A program made the translations under genes and the position numbers. A DNA stretch of 64,000 bases from an uncultured Acidobacteriota bacterium (GTDB lineage Bacteria; Acidobacteriota; UBA6911; RPQK01; JAPXNP01): the NCBI GenBank assembly GCA_963777605.1, contig CAVZRV010000011.1, positions 96,001 to 160,000 of the forward strand. Direction: 5' to 3'. Numbering within the stretch: the stretch's first letter is position 1; every line of letters begins with the position of its first letter. Positions 29,020-39,987 of the stretch are shown here, piece by piece. The notes under the pieces are model-generated. The model did no database searches and was not told the DNA's origin. It worked only from the letters and a program-made list of their open reading frames with translations.

Positions 29020-30050
29020 TCGTGCTTGGAATTGAGTCCAGCTGCGACGAAACGGCGGCGGCCCTGGTCCGGGGCGGGCGAGAGATCCTGTCCAGCGTGG
29101 TGGCATCTCAAGTGGCGACCCACCGGGAGTACGGAGGGGTGGTCCCCGAACTGGCCAGTCGCGAGCACGTAGACAACATCGCCTACGTTGTCGAACAGGC
29201 GCTGATCCGCGCCGAGATGGACTGGAAAGAGATCGAAGCCGTCGCGGTCACCCAGGGCCCCGGGCTGGTGGGAGCACTCCTGGTCGGCCTGGCATTCGCG
29301 AAGGCCGCCGCCTACGCCCGGGGGTGCCCTTTTCTGGGAGTCAATCACCTCCTGGGACATATCTACTCGGTTTTCCTTGATCACCCCAACGTCGAGCTTC
29401 CTGCCCTCTCCCTGGTGGTGTCCGGCGGGCACACCAATCTCTACTTCCTTCGCGATATCGGGGATTACGAGCTGCTTGCCCGGAGCGGTGACGATGCGGC
29501 CGGTGAAGCCCTCGACAAGCTCTCCAAGCACCTCGGCCTGGGCTACCCGGGTGGACCCGCTATTGAGAAAATCTCTCGCCATGGCGACCCAGGATCCGTC
29601 AATTTCACGATGGCCCGGACCACCAACGACCGCCTCGACTTCAGCTTCAGCGGCCTTAAATCGGCCGCTATCCGGTATGCCCGTTCGAATCGAATTCCCC
29701 GTCTCGAAGAACCGTTCGAGTCACCCGATGATCTCCCCGGCCCGGTTAGGGACCTGGTGGCGTCCTACCAGAAAGCCGTAATCGATCAGCTCATCGACAG
29801 GGCGGACCGGGCGATGGAACAGCACCCGGCCCGATCCATTCACATTTCGGGCGGGGTTTCCTGCAATCAAACCCTCCGCCGGCGCATGACCGACCACTTT
29901 GCTGCCCGAGGCATCCCGGTTTATTGCCCCCGTCCGTCGCTGACGACTGACAACGCGGCCATGATCGCAGCGGCCGCCTTCCTCCGGCTCCGCAACGGCG
30001 AACGGGACCCTTGGAACCTCCCCGCGGATCCAAATCTCAGGCTGGCCTGA
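29016..30050 (+). CDS. tsaD: tRNA N6-adenosine threonylcarbamoyltransferase
   Basis: [44 protein letters not shown]. Confidence 0.97.
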   Translation: MIVLGIESSCDETAAALVRGGREILSSVVASQVATHREYGGVVPELASREHVDNIAYVVEQALIRAEMDWKEIEAVAVTQGPGLVGALLVGLAFAKAAAYARGCPFLGVNHLLGHIYSVFLDHPNVELPALSLVVSGGHTNLYFLRDIGDYELLARSGDDAAGEALDKLSKHLGLGYPGGPAIEKISRHGDPGSVNFTMARTTNDRLDFSFSGLKSAAIRYARSNRIPRLEEPFESPDDLPGPVRDLVASYQKAVIDQLIDRADRAMEQHPARSIHISGGVSCNQTLRRRMTDHFAARGIPVYCPRPSLTTDNAAMIAAAAFLRLRNGERDPWNLPADPNLRLA

Positions 30051-30081
30051 AACATCTTAAGATCCAAGATCTGGTGCCCTG

Positions 30082-31095
30082 TTACCTGGGAATTGACTGA
30101 GATCTGGGGGTGAAGGTAAACCACCGGGCGATTTCGTTCGGGGGCACCCGTCGGTTTGACTGGATCTGGCGGCGCTTGCCTTCGGTCCGCAAGTTGAGGC
30201 ATTCCACTTCGCGCAAGGCCGCCAACGAGCTCCGCTCTTTCGTGTGCACGTAAGTCAGAATGGCGAGGTCCCGCAGCCACATGTACGGGAAGCACCGGCG
30301 GGCCACAGCCGCATCTATGTTCTTTTGCCTCATCAGGAACCGGTTCTTCACCGAGTGATAGTTGGCTACCGGATTCATCCTGCTCCGACCTTTTGGGAAG
30401 ACCTGGCGAACATGTCCGCCGACGGCGCCCGGTTCGTAAAGGGCCTTCCAGCCCCTGAGTTGAGCCCGCCAGGCCAGGTCGGCGTCCTCCCGGTATGCGA
30501 AGAAGTCCTCGTCGAGAAACTCTCCTTCGACCCGAATGTCGTCAACGAACTGGCGGCGACAGAGCAGTGCGGCTCCGGTAATCCCGAATACGAATTCCGC
30601 CTTGTCGTATTGGCCGGTATCGGGGCGGTTGCTGCCCCGGTCAAAATGGCGCAGTGACGGCGTAAAGTAAATTCCGGTGCTGTCGAGAAGGGGCCCCTGT
30701 TCTCCTAAGACGAGGTTCCCTGACTGGTCGATACGGCGGAGTTTTCCTCCCGCCAACCCCGCCTGGGGCACTTCGATCAATCGCCTGACCAGGGTCTCGG
30801 CATAACCCGATGACAAGATGACGTCGGCGTTCATAAGCAAGGCATATTCGAACTTCTCACCCCGCAGATTCCAGTTATGCCCTCCACAATAGCCCAGGTT
30901 CCAGGGAGACCTTTCGACCGCGGCCCCGTACCTCTGAGCGACCACCACGGTCCCATCTTCCGAAGCGTTGTCCAGGACCTTGATCCGCGCTTTCAGGCTC
31001 TGGTCTGCCAGGGCCTCCAGGCACCTCGCAATGTAGGGCTCGTCGTTGTGAGTTACGAGGCTGACCAGGAGTGGAGAATCACCAGCAGGTTTCAT
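30082..31095 (-). CDS. Glycosyltransferase family 2
   Basis: DNASEDGT, NADV, FLDEDFFAYREDADLAWRA. Confidence 0.9.
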   Translation of the reverse strand: MKPAGDSPLLVSLVTHNDEPYIARCLEALADQSLKARIKVLDNASEDGTVVVAQRYGAAVERSPWNLGYCGGHNWNLRGEKFEYALLMNADVILSSGYAETLVRRLIEVPQAGLAGGKLRRIDQSGNLVLGEQGPLLDSTGIYFTPSLRHFDRGSNRPDTGQYDKAEFVFGITGAALLCRRQFVDDIRVEGEFLDEDFFAYREDADLAWRAQLRGWKALYEPGAVGGHVRQVFPKGRSRMNPVANYHSVKNRFLMRQKNIDAAVARRCFPYMWLRDLAILTYVHTKERSSLAALREVECLNLRTEGKRRQIQSNRRVPPNEIARWFTFTPRSQSIPR

Positions 31096-31102
31096 GGCAG
31101 CC

Positions 31103-31966
31103 TCAACGTGCTCTCCGGCTGGTTCTGCCCGCCAGAACGAGCCGGGTCAGGACTCCGATCTTCACCGGAAGCCAAATCAGCGGCAGCGACCGGGGGTGGT
31201 GCTTTTTCCAGTACTGGAGAAGGTTACGGTAGTAGATCCGGACGAAGCGGTGATAATCCATCACGTCGAGTGAAATCCCACCCCGATGAATCGCCTCCCA
31301 TTCAGGAAACCAAAGGATCTGGAATCCCCGGTCGATTGCGCGCCGGCAGAAGTCCACGTCCTCGAACCAGGCCGGCTGGAACTCTTCGTCGAAACCGGCC
31401 AACTGGTCCCACGCCGACTTCCGGAGAACCCAAAATGCCGCGGCGGGTTGTTCTACAGGCCCGCCGGCAGGAGTCTCCCGGGCCGAGACACCGATCCGCT
31501 CGAACAGTTCATCAAAGAACAGGGCATCGCCTATAACGCTGCGGACGGTTGGCAGTTTGCGGATTTGAAAATCGGTCTGGGGACGACCATCTTCGCCAAT
31601 CAGAGAGCCACAAGCGATAACGGCTTCCGGAGAGCGTTCCAGCGCCTCGCACAGGCCCCGCAGCACGGTTTCGGAAACCCGAACGTCAGGGTTGAGCAGG
31701 GCGAAAAACTCAGCCTGCACCGAGCGGACACCCTGGTTCGCGCCGGCAGCAAAACCCCGGTTGTGTTCGTTCCGGATGAGCTCAACCCACGGCCGCCCGG
31801 CCGCTGCCTGCCGGCTCGAGTCAGCCGATCCATTGTCAACGACGATCACCTGCCGCAGCCGATCGTGGAATGGCTCAAGCGAATCCAGGAGTTGCGCCAG
31901 GTAATCTCTGCTGTTCCAGTTGACGATAACGGCGCTCACATCCACACGTAGCAGGAAATTTAGCAC
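31103..31966 (-). CDS. Glycosyltransferase family 2 (WbbL-like)
   Basis: VIVNWN, VDNGSADS, LLNPD, FDEEFQPAWFEDVDFCRR. Confidence 0.9.
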   Translation of the reverse strand: MLNFLLRVDVSAVIVNWNSRDYLAQLLDSLEPFHDRLRQVIVVDNGSADSSRQAAAGRPWVELIRNEHNRGFAAGANQGVRSVQAEFFALLNPDVRVSETVLRGLCEALERSPEAVIACGSLIGEDGRPQTDFQIRKLPTVRSVIGDALFFDELFERIGVSARETPAGGPVEQPAAAFWVLRKSAWDQLAGFDEEFQPAWFEDVDFCRRAIDRGFQILWFPEWEAIHRGGISLDVMDYHRFVRIYYRNLLQYWKKHHPRSLPLIWLPVKIGVLTRLVLAGRTSRRAR

Positions 31967-31999
31967 ACCTGTAACCCGAATTCAGTAAGATGAGGAGAG

Positions 32000-32974
32000 A
32001 TGGCGCTGGAGCGATTTGCAGATGGAAAGTACGTTGGCTGGCTCGACCCGTCTTTGCGTCTGCCCATTGGACTGCTCGGCGACCTGGGCTCTGCTGAAAC
32101 CTGCAAGGGAGGCGAATTGCTCCTGCGTTGCCGGGGCCGGCTGATCGTTCGCGTGTCGATCGAGGTGGAGGGCATCCCGCAAAACTGCTTTCTCTACCTG
32201 TTCAGGAATCGTTCCTTTGGCCGTTCCCTGCGAACGACATACGCTTTTCACATCATGGGAATTGCCCGTCGACTGCAGGACCGAGGCTTCGCGACGCTGG
32301 ACGTGTTCGCCGCCCTCAAGCCCCGCCGGCAATTCCTGAACTGGGACAGTTTCCTGGTCGCCCGCGAGATCCTCCAGGTTGCGGAACTCCCGTCGGTCGG
32401 CCGGCATGTTTTTCAAATTCACGAGTGGGCACCCCTGAACCGTGCCGTCACCTCGACCGTGGCCCGCCAGATTGCGGCTTTCCACAATGCCGGTTTCATT
32501 CACGGAGATCTCAAGTCGCGCCACGTCTTGCTGCGGGGAATGGAGGATCCGGAGAATGCACGCGTCATCCTGGTCGACCTGGAAAAGGCGAAACATATCG
32601 GCGGGTCGCTGAGGCCGGTTCACGATTTCTTCGCGGCACGAGATCTGATTCAGCTCCTGGCCTCCCTTCCCTTTCCGATTGAGGGATCGACACATTCGGG
32701 CAGCGCCGCCGAATTCCTCGACGACTATTTAGCGCACAGAAACTTGAGGCCCCGGCGAAGTCGCCTGATTCAGCGCATCATCGCCCTTTATGGCCCTCAG
32801 GGACGCTTTCAGCAGGGAAAGACCTTTCTCCAATGCCTTGCTGCGGCGATTCGTCACGGAAAAACAGGAGAGTCGGTCCGCTACAACCCGGTCCAGCCTA
32901 ACCTGCCGCTGGGCCCCGCACAGCCGACTCGGCCTGGAAACGCCGATACCGCACGTCAAAGTGAACCCTCATGA
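32000..32974 (+). CDS. LPS kinase (InaA/Kdo/WaaP family)
   Basis: FHNAGFIHGDLKSRHVL and ILVDLEK kinase-like motifs, within the LPS locus. Confidence 0.75.
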   Translation: MALERFADGKYVGWLDPSLRLPIGLLGDLGSAETCKGGELLLRCRGRLIVRVSIEVEGIPQNCFLYLFRNRSFGRSLRTTYAFHIMGIARRLQDRGFATLDVFAALKPRRQFLNWDSFLVAREILQVAELPSVGRHVFQIHEWAPLNRAVTSTVARQIAAFHNAGFIHGDLKSRHVLLRGMEDPENARVILVDLEKAKHIGGSLRPVHDFFAARDLIQLLASLPFPIEGSTHSGSAAEFLDDYLAHRNLRPRRSRLIQRIIALYGPQGRFQQGKTFLQCLAAAIRHGKTGESVRYNPVQPNLPLGPAQPTRPGNADTARQSEPS

Positions 32975-34205
32975 GGCCGTAAACCAGGCCGGTATCGACG
33001 ATATTGAAGATGTACGCATTGTCGATCCAGTCCTCGACCGTATGTTCCCAGATGTTGCCTCGGGCCGCGGCAGGTGAGATGGAGTAACTCCCGGGCCTGA
33101 GGTTGGGAACCGTCCAGTCGAACCCGACCGTAACTGTCTCGCCGGCAGCGACCTTGGGCAGCGAGACCCCCTCGTACGAGGTGTTGGTGGCACAGACCTC
33201 CATCCCCATGCGGTCGCGGAAAGTGACCCCTATAATCGGGTTTTCGGCGGCTTTCCTGAATCGCACGGTTACCAGAAGATTCAACTGCTCTCCGGCCCGG
33301 ACTTCGCTGACTACCCGTCCGTCGGAGGTGTGGAGGATGACTCCAATGATCTCGGCATTCCCTTCTCCGAACCGGTTGTGGACGTACGGTACCGTTCGGA
33401 TCATCGGGAGGGCCTCGTCCTCGTCGAGGCTGATCCAGTCTTCCCCCTGGCCGGCCCGCTTCCGTTCCCGGTCGAAGATCAACGCATGGTAGGCATGAAT
33501 GACCGCTTCCGGGGTTCCGTCTTCCTTCAGTTCCCCCTGGTCAAGGAGAATTGCACGGTCGCAGAACTGGGCCAGCGCCTGAAGATCGTGTGTGACGAAA
33601 AGAATCGTCTTGCCATCCTTCTTCATCTGCCTGATCCGGTTGATGCACCGGTGCTGAAAGATCAGGTCGCCGACGGCGAGGGCTTCGTCCACCAGCAGGA
33701 TGTCGGGATCGACGTGAATGGCAACCGCGAATGCCAGCCTGACGAACATTCCGCTCGAATAGGTCTTAACGGGCCGGTCAATGAAATCGCCGATCTCGGC
33801 AAATTCGACGATATCATCGAATCGCGCCTCCATCCCCTCCTTGCGAATCCCATTGATTGCCCCGTTCATGAACACGTTTTCCCGCCCCGTGAACTCCGGG
33901 TTGAATCCGGCGCCCAGTTCCAGAAGTGCGGCAACATTTCCACGGACCTGGCAGTCACCTTCGGTCTGGCGCAAAATCCCGGCTACGATCTGCAGCAGCG
34001 TGCTCTTACCCGAACCGTTCGGTCCGACGATTCCCAGGGTCGTCCGCGGCGAGACTTCGAGATCAACCTTGCGGAGTGCCCAAAACTCCCGATGAAAGCG
34101 GCGCTTGCGCAGGGTCAGCAACTCGGCCAGTTTTTGACTCGGCCGATCGTAGAGCGGGTAGCTCTTCGAAACCTGTCGAAGTCGGATCGCCGTGTCAGAG
34201 GACAT
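32898..34205 (-). CDS. wzt: Polysaccharide ABC transporter ATPase Wzt with C-terminal carbohydrate-binding domain
   Basis: GPNGSGKSTL, ELGAGFNPEFTGREN, YSSGMFVRLAF, DEALAVGD, C-terminal RFGEG domain. Confidence 0.93.
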   Translation of the reverse strand: MSSDTAIRLRQVSKSYPLYDRPSQKLAELLTLRKRRFHREFWALRKVDLEVSPRTTLGIVGPNGSGKSTLLQIVAGILRQTEGDCQVRGNVAALLELGAGFNPEFTGRENVFMNGAINGIRKEGMEARFDDIVEFAEIGDFIDRPVKTYSSGMFVRLAFAVAIHVDPDILLVDEALAVGDLIFQHRCINRIRQMKKDGKTILFVTHDLQALAQFCDRAILLDQGELKEDGTPEAVIHAYHALIFDRERKRAGQGEDWISLDEDEALPMIRTVPYVHNRFGEGNAEIIGVILHTSDGRVVSEVRAGEQLNLLVTVRFRKAAENPIIGVTFRDRMGMEVCATNTSYEGVSLPKVAAGETVTVGFDWTVPNLRPGSYSISPAAARGNIWEHTVEDWIDNAYIFNIVDTGLVYGLMRVHFDVRYRRFQAESAVRGPAAG

Positions 34206-35019
34206 CGATAAATTCCCGTTTGGTATTGCGAAAGACAAAGCCGCCGACCACGAATGCCGCAATCGCCCAAATCCAGATCAGGCCTAACCCCGAAAGTGAC
34301 GGCAAATTCCCCTCCAGGAGGCAGCCCCGGTAACCTTCTACGACCGCGGCCAGCGGGTTGAACAGAAGAAGGGGACGAAAAGCCTTCGGAACCATTTCTA
34401 CGGAGTAGAAGATCGGTGTAAACCAGAACCAGAAGATGAGGGCCACCGAAAGGACCTGGAGGGTATCTCGGAGAAAGACCTGGAGCGAGGCCAGGATCCA
34501 ACCGAGGCCCAGGCAGAGAATCATTAACGGGATCAGAAACAGAGGAATCAAGACGACCGTCCACTTCAGCAGGCCCATCCAGAGCAGTACGACGAGCAGC
34601 ACGGCCACGCTTATCAGGTGGAAAGCGAGGTTCGAAACCATCAGGGAAACCGGCAGGATCTCGGACGGGAAGATGGTTTTTCGGATCAGGTTGGCATTCT
34701 CCAGAACGCAGGAGCAGCTCCGTACCAGGGTGTCCTGAAAGTAGAGCCAGGGCAAGATCCCACAGAACAGGAAAACAGCGAAATTGTCGGTGGCGGCAGT
34801 CGTAGGACGCACCTTGAAGACGATGGAAAAGACAAATGTGTACGAAACGAGAAGAACGAACGGGTGCACGACCGACCAGAGGAAGCCCATCATCGAGCCG
34901 ATGTAGCGCCCTTTCAGATCGCGCAGAACGAAATTCCAGATCAGGTAGCGCTGGATCAGCAGCTTCCTGAAGAAATTCGTCGATATCTGAACCGCAGCCG
35001 GTCTAGCCAACAAGCTCAT
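34195..35019 (-). CDS. wzm: Polysaccharide ABC transporter permease Wzm
   Basis: RDLKGRYIGSMMGFLW, FLRD, TPIFY, NPL. Confidence 0.93.
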   Translation of the reverse strand: MSLLARPAAVQISTNFFRKLLIQRYLIWNFVLRDLKGRYIGSMMGFLWSVVHPFVLLVSYTFVFSIVFKVRPTTAATDNFAVFLFCGILPWLYFQDTLVRSCSCVLENANLIRKTIFPSEILPVSLMVSNLAFHLISVAVLLVVLLWMGLLKWTVVLIPLFLIPLMILCLGLGWILASLQVFLRDTLQVLSVALIFWFWFTPIFYSVEMVPKAFRPLLLFNPLAAVVEGYRGCLLEGNLPSLSGLGLIWIWAIAAFVVGGFVFRNTKREFIDVL

Positions 35020-36106
35020 TGAACAGCGCCTCGTACTGATCGGTCACCGAATCCCAGCTGTAGTATTGAGCCACCCGCTCTCTCGCCTTGCGCCCGTATG
35101 GTTCAACCTGCTCCGGTGACGCCGCCACAAGTTTCATCAGCTGAGACAGGGTATCGCATTCCTGGAACTTGCAGAAAAGGGCACACCCTCCAGCTACCTC
35201 GAGGTTCTCGGGGTTTTCATTCACGATCGCTACCGCCCCCACCCCCATTGCTTCCAGCAGCGCCGGGTGAGTCCCCCCCACCTCGGTCGCATGAAGATAG
35301 CAGGTGCAGTGAGAAATGAGTTCCCGGTACCCCTCTCCGTAGATAGCGCCCGGCATCAGCACCCCGGAACCTCGAGAAAGGTCCCTCAGTTTCTGAATGT
35401 ACCGGTCGGCGTAAGGGGCGTCTCCAACAACGACGAGGGGCAGATCCAGGTCGCTCTTGCGATAGGCCTCGATAGCCAGGTGGGCATTGTTTTCGGGCTC
35501 CAGTCGACTCACGTAAAGAAAATAGCGCCTCGGCACGAGGCCAAGCCTGTCGAGTACGACAGTGCTGGACGACCGGTCGAGCCCCGCTCCGTAGGGAACA
35601 AAGGTTGAGGGGCACCGGTACTTCGTGAGGTAGTACTGCTGGATAGTTCGGGCGTCGGTGACTACGCGGCTCGGGAACCAGGTGGCGAGGCGTTCCCCAA
35701 GGCGGTAATACGCCTTTCCAACCCGGCCCCACTTGCTTCTCAGGCGCTCGATTCCGTCCACGTTCAGGACCACGGCACGGCCTCGGAGCCTGGGAATCCA
35801 GGTCATGAATGCGTTTGCAGCGTTGCAGACCAGGACAACATCACAGGGACGGACCAGGTTGTCGAGACCCGAAATGAAGGAGTGGCTGACCGTCTCCAGA
35901 TATTTGCTGCGAATTGCCGGCAGGCGGGTCAGGCGAACGCCTCGGTAATCGTCGAGTTCCTCCGGTACGTAGTGGTTCCGCCCGTAGACCGTCACCCGAT
36001 GGCCGCGATCGACCAGGCGAACCGAGAGTTCTTCTGCAAACGTCTCGAACCCGCCGTAATTGGCCGGGATGCCCCGGGTTCCAAGGATGGCTATGCGCAA
36101 AGACAT
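35003..36106 (-). CDS. Glycosyltransferase family 4 (DUF1972-type)
   Basis: ILGTRGIPANYGGFETF, NVDGIE, RLEPENN, VGGTHPALLEAM. Confidence 0.9.
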   Translation of the reverse strand: MSLRIAILGTRGIPANYGGFETFAEELSVRLVDRGHRVTVYGRNHYVPEELDDYRGVRLTRLPAIRSKYLETVSHSFISGLDNLVRPCDVVLVCNAANAFMTWIPRLRGRAVVLNVDGIERLRSKWGRVGKAYYRLGERLATWFPSRVVTDARTIQQYYLTKYRCPSTFVPYGAGLDRSSSTVVLDRLGLVPRRYFLYVSRLEPENNAHLAIEAYRKSDLDLPLVVVGDAPYADRYIQKLRDLSRGSGVLMPGAIYGEGYRELISHCTCYLHATEVGGTHPALLEAMGVGAVAIVNENPENLEVAGGCALFCKFQECDTLSQLMKLVAASPEQVEPYGRKARERVAQYYSWDSVTDQYEALFNELVG

Positions 36107-36149
36107 GGGCAAGAATCCAGGAAGAGCGTCCCCAGGTCGCCGGGCCACA

Positions 36150-37388
36150 TCAGGCGAGGGCGGCCTTGTCTCCCGAGGTTCCCCGCTTTCGAGCCGCGTA
36201 CGCTGCCGTAACCACGAACAGCGTGAGTACCACGATTTCCGAATCGCCGAAATTATATTCAAAGAAGCCCATAAGATGAACGGAAACGAGAACCCCGACA
36301 CCACTCCAGGACAACGCCCGTGTCAGTTCGTCTTGGCTCCTGGACATCCCCAACAGGTCGAAGAGGACCTTGACCCAGAGCGCCAACCAGGCTAGCAGTG
36401 CGGGAACACCCAGTTCGGCAGCGATTTGAAGGACATTGTTGTGCAGGTGCTGGTACATCCACCGGGGAAACTCCCCGTCCGCCTTGCGGGCCGCCGCGCC
36501 CTGTACCAAGCGGGGGCCGACTCCGGTCCAGGGGTTCTCGCGAACCAGGGCCAGCCCGGCTTGAACAAGTTCCAGGCGCCCCCGGGTTGTCGTGTCCTTC
36601 AGGTCAAAACCGGAGAGGAGTCGGTTGTGGAAACTCCCTGGGAGAAGCAGAAACACAAACAGGACCAGGGCAGTCCATGCCACCGCCCATCGAAATCGGA
36701 ACAGCGCGAGAAGGACCAGGCACCCCGCAGCCACTCCCATCCATGCGCTCCTCGTGAAGGTAAGCAGTGTCGCAGTGCAAAAGAGGCAGAACAGCACCAG
36801 CAACCCGATCTGGACCGGGCGCGATTGGCGAAGATAGCGCCGCGCAGAGAGGAGAACCGCCAGGGAAATCACGGCGCAGATCATCATCTGACCCGAAAAG
36901 GTCATCCAATGACTCATGAACCCATCGATACGATTGAGAAGCGTGACCTTCTTGAACCAGAAATACTGACCCACACCCCAGAGGGCGCTCAAACCCGCGA
37001 CCACGAGCAGAATACCGACGGCCCGACGCAACTGTTCCCGGCTCACGTAGGTGTAGACCAGGGCAAAGCCCAGAAACTTGATGAACTTCTCCAGGTAGGC
37101 TGCACTCGTCGAGGGGTCCGGGGAGAATGCAATCGAGATGATGGTCAATCCCAGGAAAACGAAGAGTAACCAGTAGAAAGGCGGAAGCTCGAGCAACAGC
37201 CGCCGGCTTCGCCCACAGTCCCATATCCACGCCACGACGGCGAGGCCGAACAGCACCCCGAACAGGAAAACAGAGACCAGGGATGAAACGACTGCGGCCA
37301 AGACCAGGGGAGCCACCAGCTCCGCCGGGTCAGGCCAAGACTTCCTACGGGGAGTCCTCTGCTCCACCTCAGGGTCAGTCACCAACAT
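36150..37388 (-). CDS. O-antigen ligase family (Wzy_C) membrane protein
   Basis: Multiple TM segments; TFTRSAW, PWTGVG, HLHNNVLQIAAELG. Confidence 0.88.
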   Translation of the reverse strand: MLVTDPEVEQRTPRRKSWPDPAELVAPLVLAAVVSSLVSVFLFGVLFGLAVVAWIWDCGRSRRLLLELPPFYWLLFVFLGLTIISIAFSPDPSTSAAYLEKFIKFLGFALVYTYVSREQLRRAVGILLVVAGLSALWGVGQYFWFKKVTLLNRIDGFMSHWMTFSGQMMICAVISLAVLLSARRYLRQSRPVQIGLLVLFCLFCTATLLTFTRSAWMGVAAGCLVLLALFRFRWAVAWTALVLFVFLLLPGSFHNRLLSGFDLKDTTTRGRLELVQAGLALVRENPWTGVGPRLVQGAAARKADGEFPRWMYQHLHNNVLQIAAELGVPALLAWLALWVKVLFDLLGMSRSQDELTRALSWSGVGVLVSVHLMGFFEYNFGDSEIVVLTLFVVTAAYAARKRGTSGDKAALA

Positions 37389-37434
37389 CCCCTCTCCGTA
37401 TCAAACTGGATCACTTCAACTTCGAATGGTGGGT

Positions 37435-38568
37435 TCATGACTCGGCGCCGGCCTCGTAGAATCGTCGCACCAGGCGGGCGATTCGAGCAGCGTCCTCGAC
37501 CGGCAAACCTGGAAAAAGAGGGAAACAGAGGACCGACTCGGAAACGGCTTCGGCGTTAGGCAGAGCCCCCTTCTCCAGCCCGAGGTGGCGATAGGCTTCC
37601 ATCAGGTGAAGCGGAGTCGGGTAGACCACTCGGACATCCACTCCCCGCTCACGCAGATAGGCCGCCAACCCATCCCGCCGTTCGGTCAGTGCGGCCAGCA
37701 CATGGTAAACGTGGATAAAGCTCTCGGGAACTTTCTGAAACCGCACATGGTCGAGCCCGGACAGCTCATCACGGTAGGCTTCTGCCAGTAGCCGCCGCTC
37801 ATCGTTCCAACGTTCGAGGTGAGGAAGCTTCAGCAGCAGGAGGGCCGCCTGGAACGAGTCCATCCGGGAGTTGTACCCTTCCGTCGAATGGGCGTAGGGT
37901 CCTACCTGGCCGTGATTGCGGAGCAGCCGGACGCGTTGTGCTAATTCCGGCTCGCGGCAGGTCACCGCGCCGGCGTCGCCGAAAGCGCCAAGATTCTTGG
38001 AAGGATAAAAGCTGAAAGCCGCGGCATCGCCAAAAGCACCGGCCCGAACTCCCCCCTGGGAAGCACCGTGGGCCTGGCAGGCATCTTCGACTACCAGCAA
38101 ATCGTGTTCCCGGGCCAGGCGTCCGATCGACTCCATGTCGGCCAGGAGCCCAAAAATGTGCACGGGGATGACCGCCCTCGTGCGGGATGTCACCTGGGAA
38201 CGGACCGTATCGGACGTTATTGTGAAGGTCTCGAGGTCTACATCGGCCAGCACGAGCCTGCCAACCTGGCTGATCGCCTCTCCCGTTGCAATGAACGTGA
38301 ATGGAGACGTGATCACTTCGTCTTCGGGAGTGATTCCGCCCGCCACAAGGGCGAGTCTGAGAGCATCGGTTCCACTGTTCAGGGCCACGCTATGAGCGGC
38401 CCCACAGTAGGTAGCGAACTGTCGTTCGAGTTCTTCGACCTCAGGACCACCGACGAACTGGTTTTTGGCCACCATTTCGGCGATCTTCTCGAGAAACTGG
38501 GTCTTAATGGATTCAGTCTGAGCGGTCAGATCCAAGTAGGGAATTTTCACTGTCGGTTCCAATCTCAT
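37435..38568 (-). CDS. DegT/DnrJ/EryC1/StrS sugar aminotransferase
   Basis: NSGTDAL, EDACQAHG, FSFYPSKNLGAFGDAG, GYNSRMD. Confidence 0.94.
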   Translation of the reverse strand: MRLEPTVKIPYLDLTAQTESIKTQFLEKIAEMVAKNQFVGGPEVEELERQFATYCGAAHSVALNSGTDALRLALVAGGITPEDEVITSPFTFIATGEAISQVGRLVLADVDLETFTITSDTVRSQVTSRTRAVIPVHIFGLLADMESIGRLAREHDLLVVEDACQAHGASQGGVRAGAFGDAAAFSFYPSKNLGAFGDAGAVTCREPELAQRVRLLRNHGQVGPYAHSTEGYNSRMDSFQAALLLLKLPHLERWNDERRLLAEAYRDELSGLDHVRFQKVPESFIHVYHVLAALTERRDGLAAYLRERGVDVRVVYPTPLHLMEAYRHLGLEKGALPNAEAVSESVLCFPLFPGLPVEDAARIARLVRRFYEAGAES

Positions 38569-38666
38569 TGCAGTCGCCCCGCACATTATAGCGGCCCGCC
38601 CGAAGTTCCAGCTGAAGTCAACGTCAGTTCGCAACAGCTTTGACAGAGTGGTAATATCCCGAATCC

Positions 38667-39899
38667 ATGCGACCCACAAGACCCTTTGAATATCGATCAG
38701 GGCAACTGCACTGCGAGCAGGTTGATCTCAACCAGGTCGCGGAGCAGGTTGGCACGCCCTGCTACATCTACAGCGCGGAGGCGATCCGGTGTAACTACCG
38801 CACCATTAAGCGGTGGTTCCAGCCTCTGGCCCCGAAGATCTGTTATGCCGTCAAGGCAAACTCCAACCTGGCCGTTCTTCGTCTCCTCAAAGAGGAAGGC
38901 TGCGGATTCGACATCGTCTCAGGCGGTGAGCTTTTTCGCCTGAACCGGGTCGGGGCCAACGCCGCCGACGTCATTTACAGCGGGGTCGGCAAGACCGATG
39001 CGGAACTCGAATCAGCCATTTCCCAGGAGATTTTCTCCCTCGTCATCGAGTCCCGCGCCGAACTCAAACAGGTTTCCCGGGTGGCCCGGGGCCGGCCGGT
39101 CCAGATTTCTCTCCGGGTCAATCCCGAGATCGACGCCCAGACCCACCCGTACATCTCGACCGGGCTGAGGCAGCACAAGTTCGGAATCGACTTGGAGGAA
39201 TTGCCCTCCGTACTCGACCTGATCGAGGCAAATTCGGCCCTCGAACTGATCGGCATCGGAGCCCACATCGGCTCTCAAATTCTCGAAGCCGCTCCCTTCG
39301 TGAATGCCTTTCGGAAGATTCGGGAGCTGGCCGACTCGGTTCGGGACCAGGGGTTTTCGGTGACTCACCTCGATGTGGGAGGGGGATTCGGGATCCCGTA
39401 CAATTCGGAGTCACCGCTGAACCTTTCCGAACTGGCGGAATCGCTGATCGAGCTCAAGGGGGACTATTCAATCGTGATGGAGCCCGGCCGGTTCATCGTC
39501 GCGACCGCCGGAATCCTGCTGACCAGTGTCCTCTACCGGAAAATGAACCACGGCAAGGAATTCGCCGTGGTTGACGCGGCCATGAACGATCTCATCCGGC
39601 CGGCCCTCTACGACGCGCACCACGAGATCCGCCCGGTGCGGGAAGGAGAAAACACCATGGTCGCCGATGTGGTCGGTCCGATTTGCGAGACCGCCGACTT
39701 TCTGGCCCGCGGCCGGGAACTCCCGAGAGTCGTCAGCGGTGACCTCCTGGCCGTCATGGACGCCGGAGCGTACGGATTCGTAGCGTCGTCCAATTACAAT
39801 TCGCGACCGCGCTGCGCCGAAGTTATGGTCGATGGACGGACATCCCACATCATCAGGCGCCGGGAGACGTTCGAGGACCTGATCAGCGCGGAAGAGTGA
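38667..39899 (+). CDS. lysA: Diaminopimelate decarboxylase
   Basis: YAVKANSN, HPYISTG...KFG, HIGSQI, EPGR, GPICETAD, SNYNSRPR. Confidence 0.97.
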   Translation: MRPTRPFEYRSGQLHCEQVDLNQVAEQVGTPCYIYSAEAIRCNYRTIKRWFQPLAPKICYAVKANSNLAVLRLLKEEGCGFDIVSGGELFRLNRVGANAADVIYSGVGKTDAELESAISQEIFSLVIESRAELKQVSRVARGRPVQISLRVNPEIDAQTHPYISTGLRQHKFGIDLEELPSVLDLIEANSALELIGIGAHIGSQILEAAPFVNAFRKIRELADSVRDQGFSVTHLDVGGGFGIPYNSESPLNLSELAESLIELKGDYSIVMEPGRFIVATAGILLTSVLYRKMNHGKEFAVVDAAMNDLIRPALYDAHHEIRPVREGENTMVADVVGPICETADFLARGRELPRVVSGDLLAVMDAGAYGFVASSNYNSRPRCAEVMVDGRTSHIIRRRETFEDLISAEE

Positions 39900-39987
39900 T
39901 CAACATTTGCGATCTGCGATTTTTGATTGGATTTGGTGGTAGGCACGGGACCCGCGCTAAAGCCATCGCGCGGAGAATCCGTCTGCT

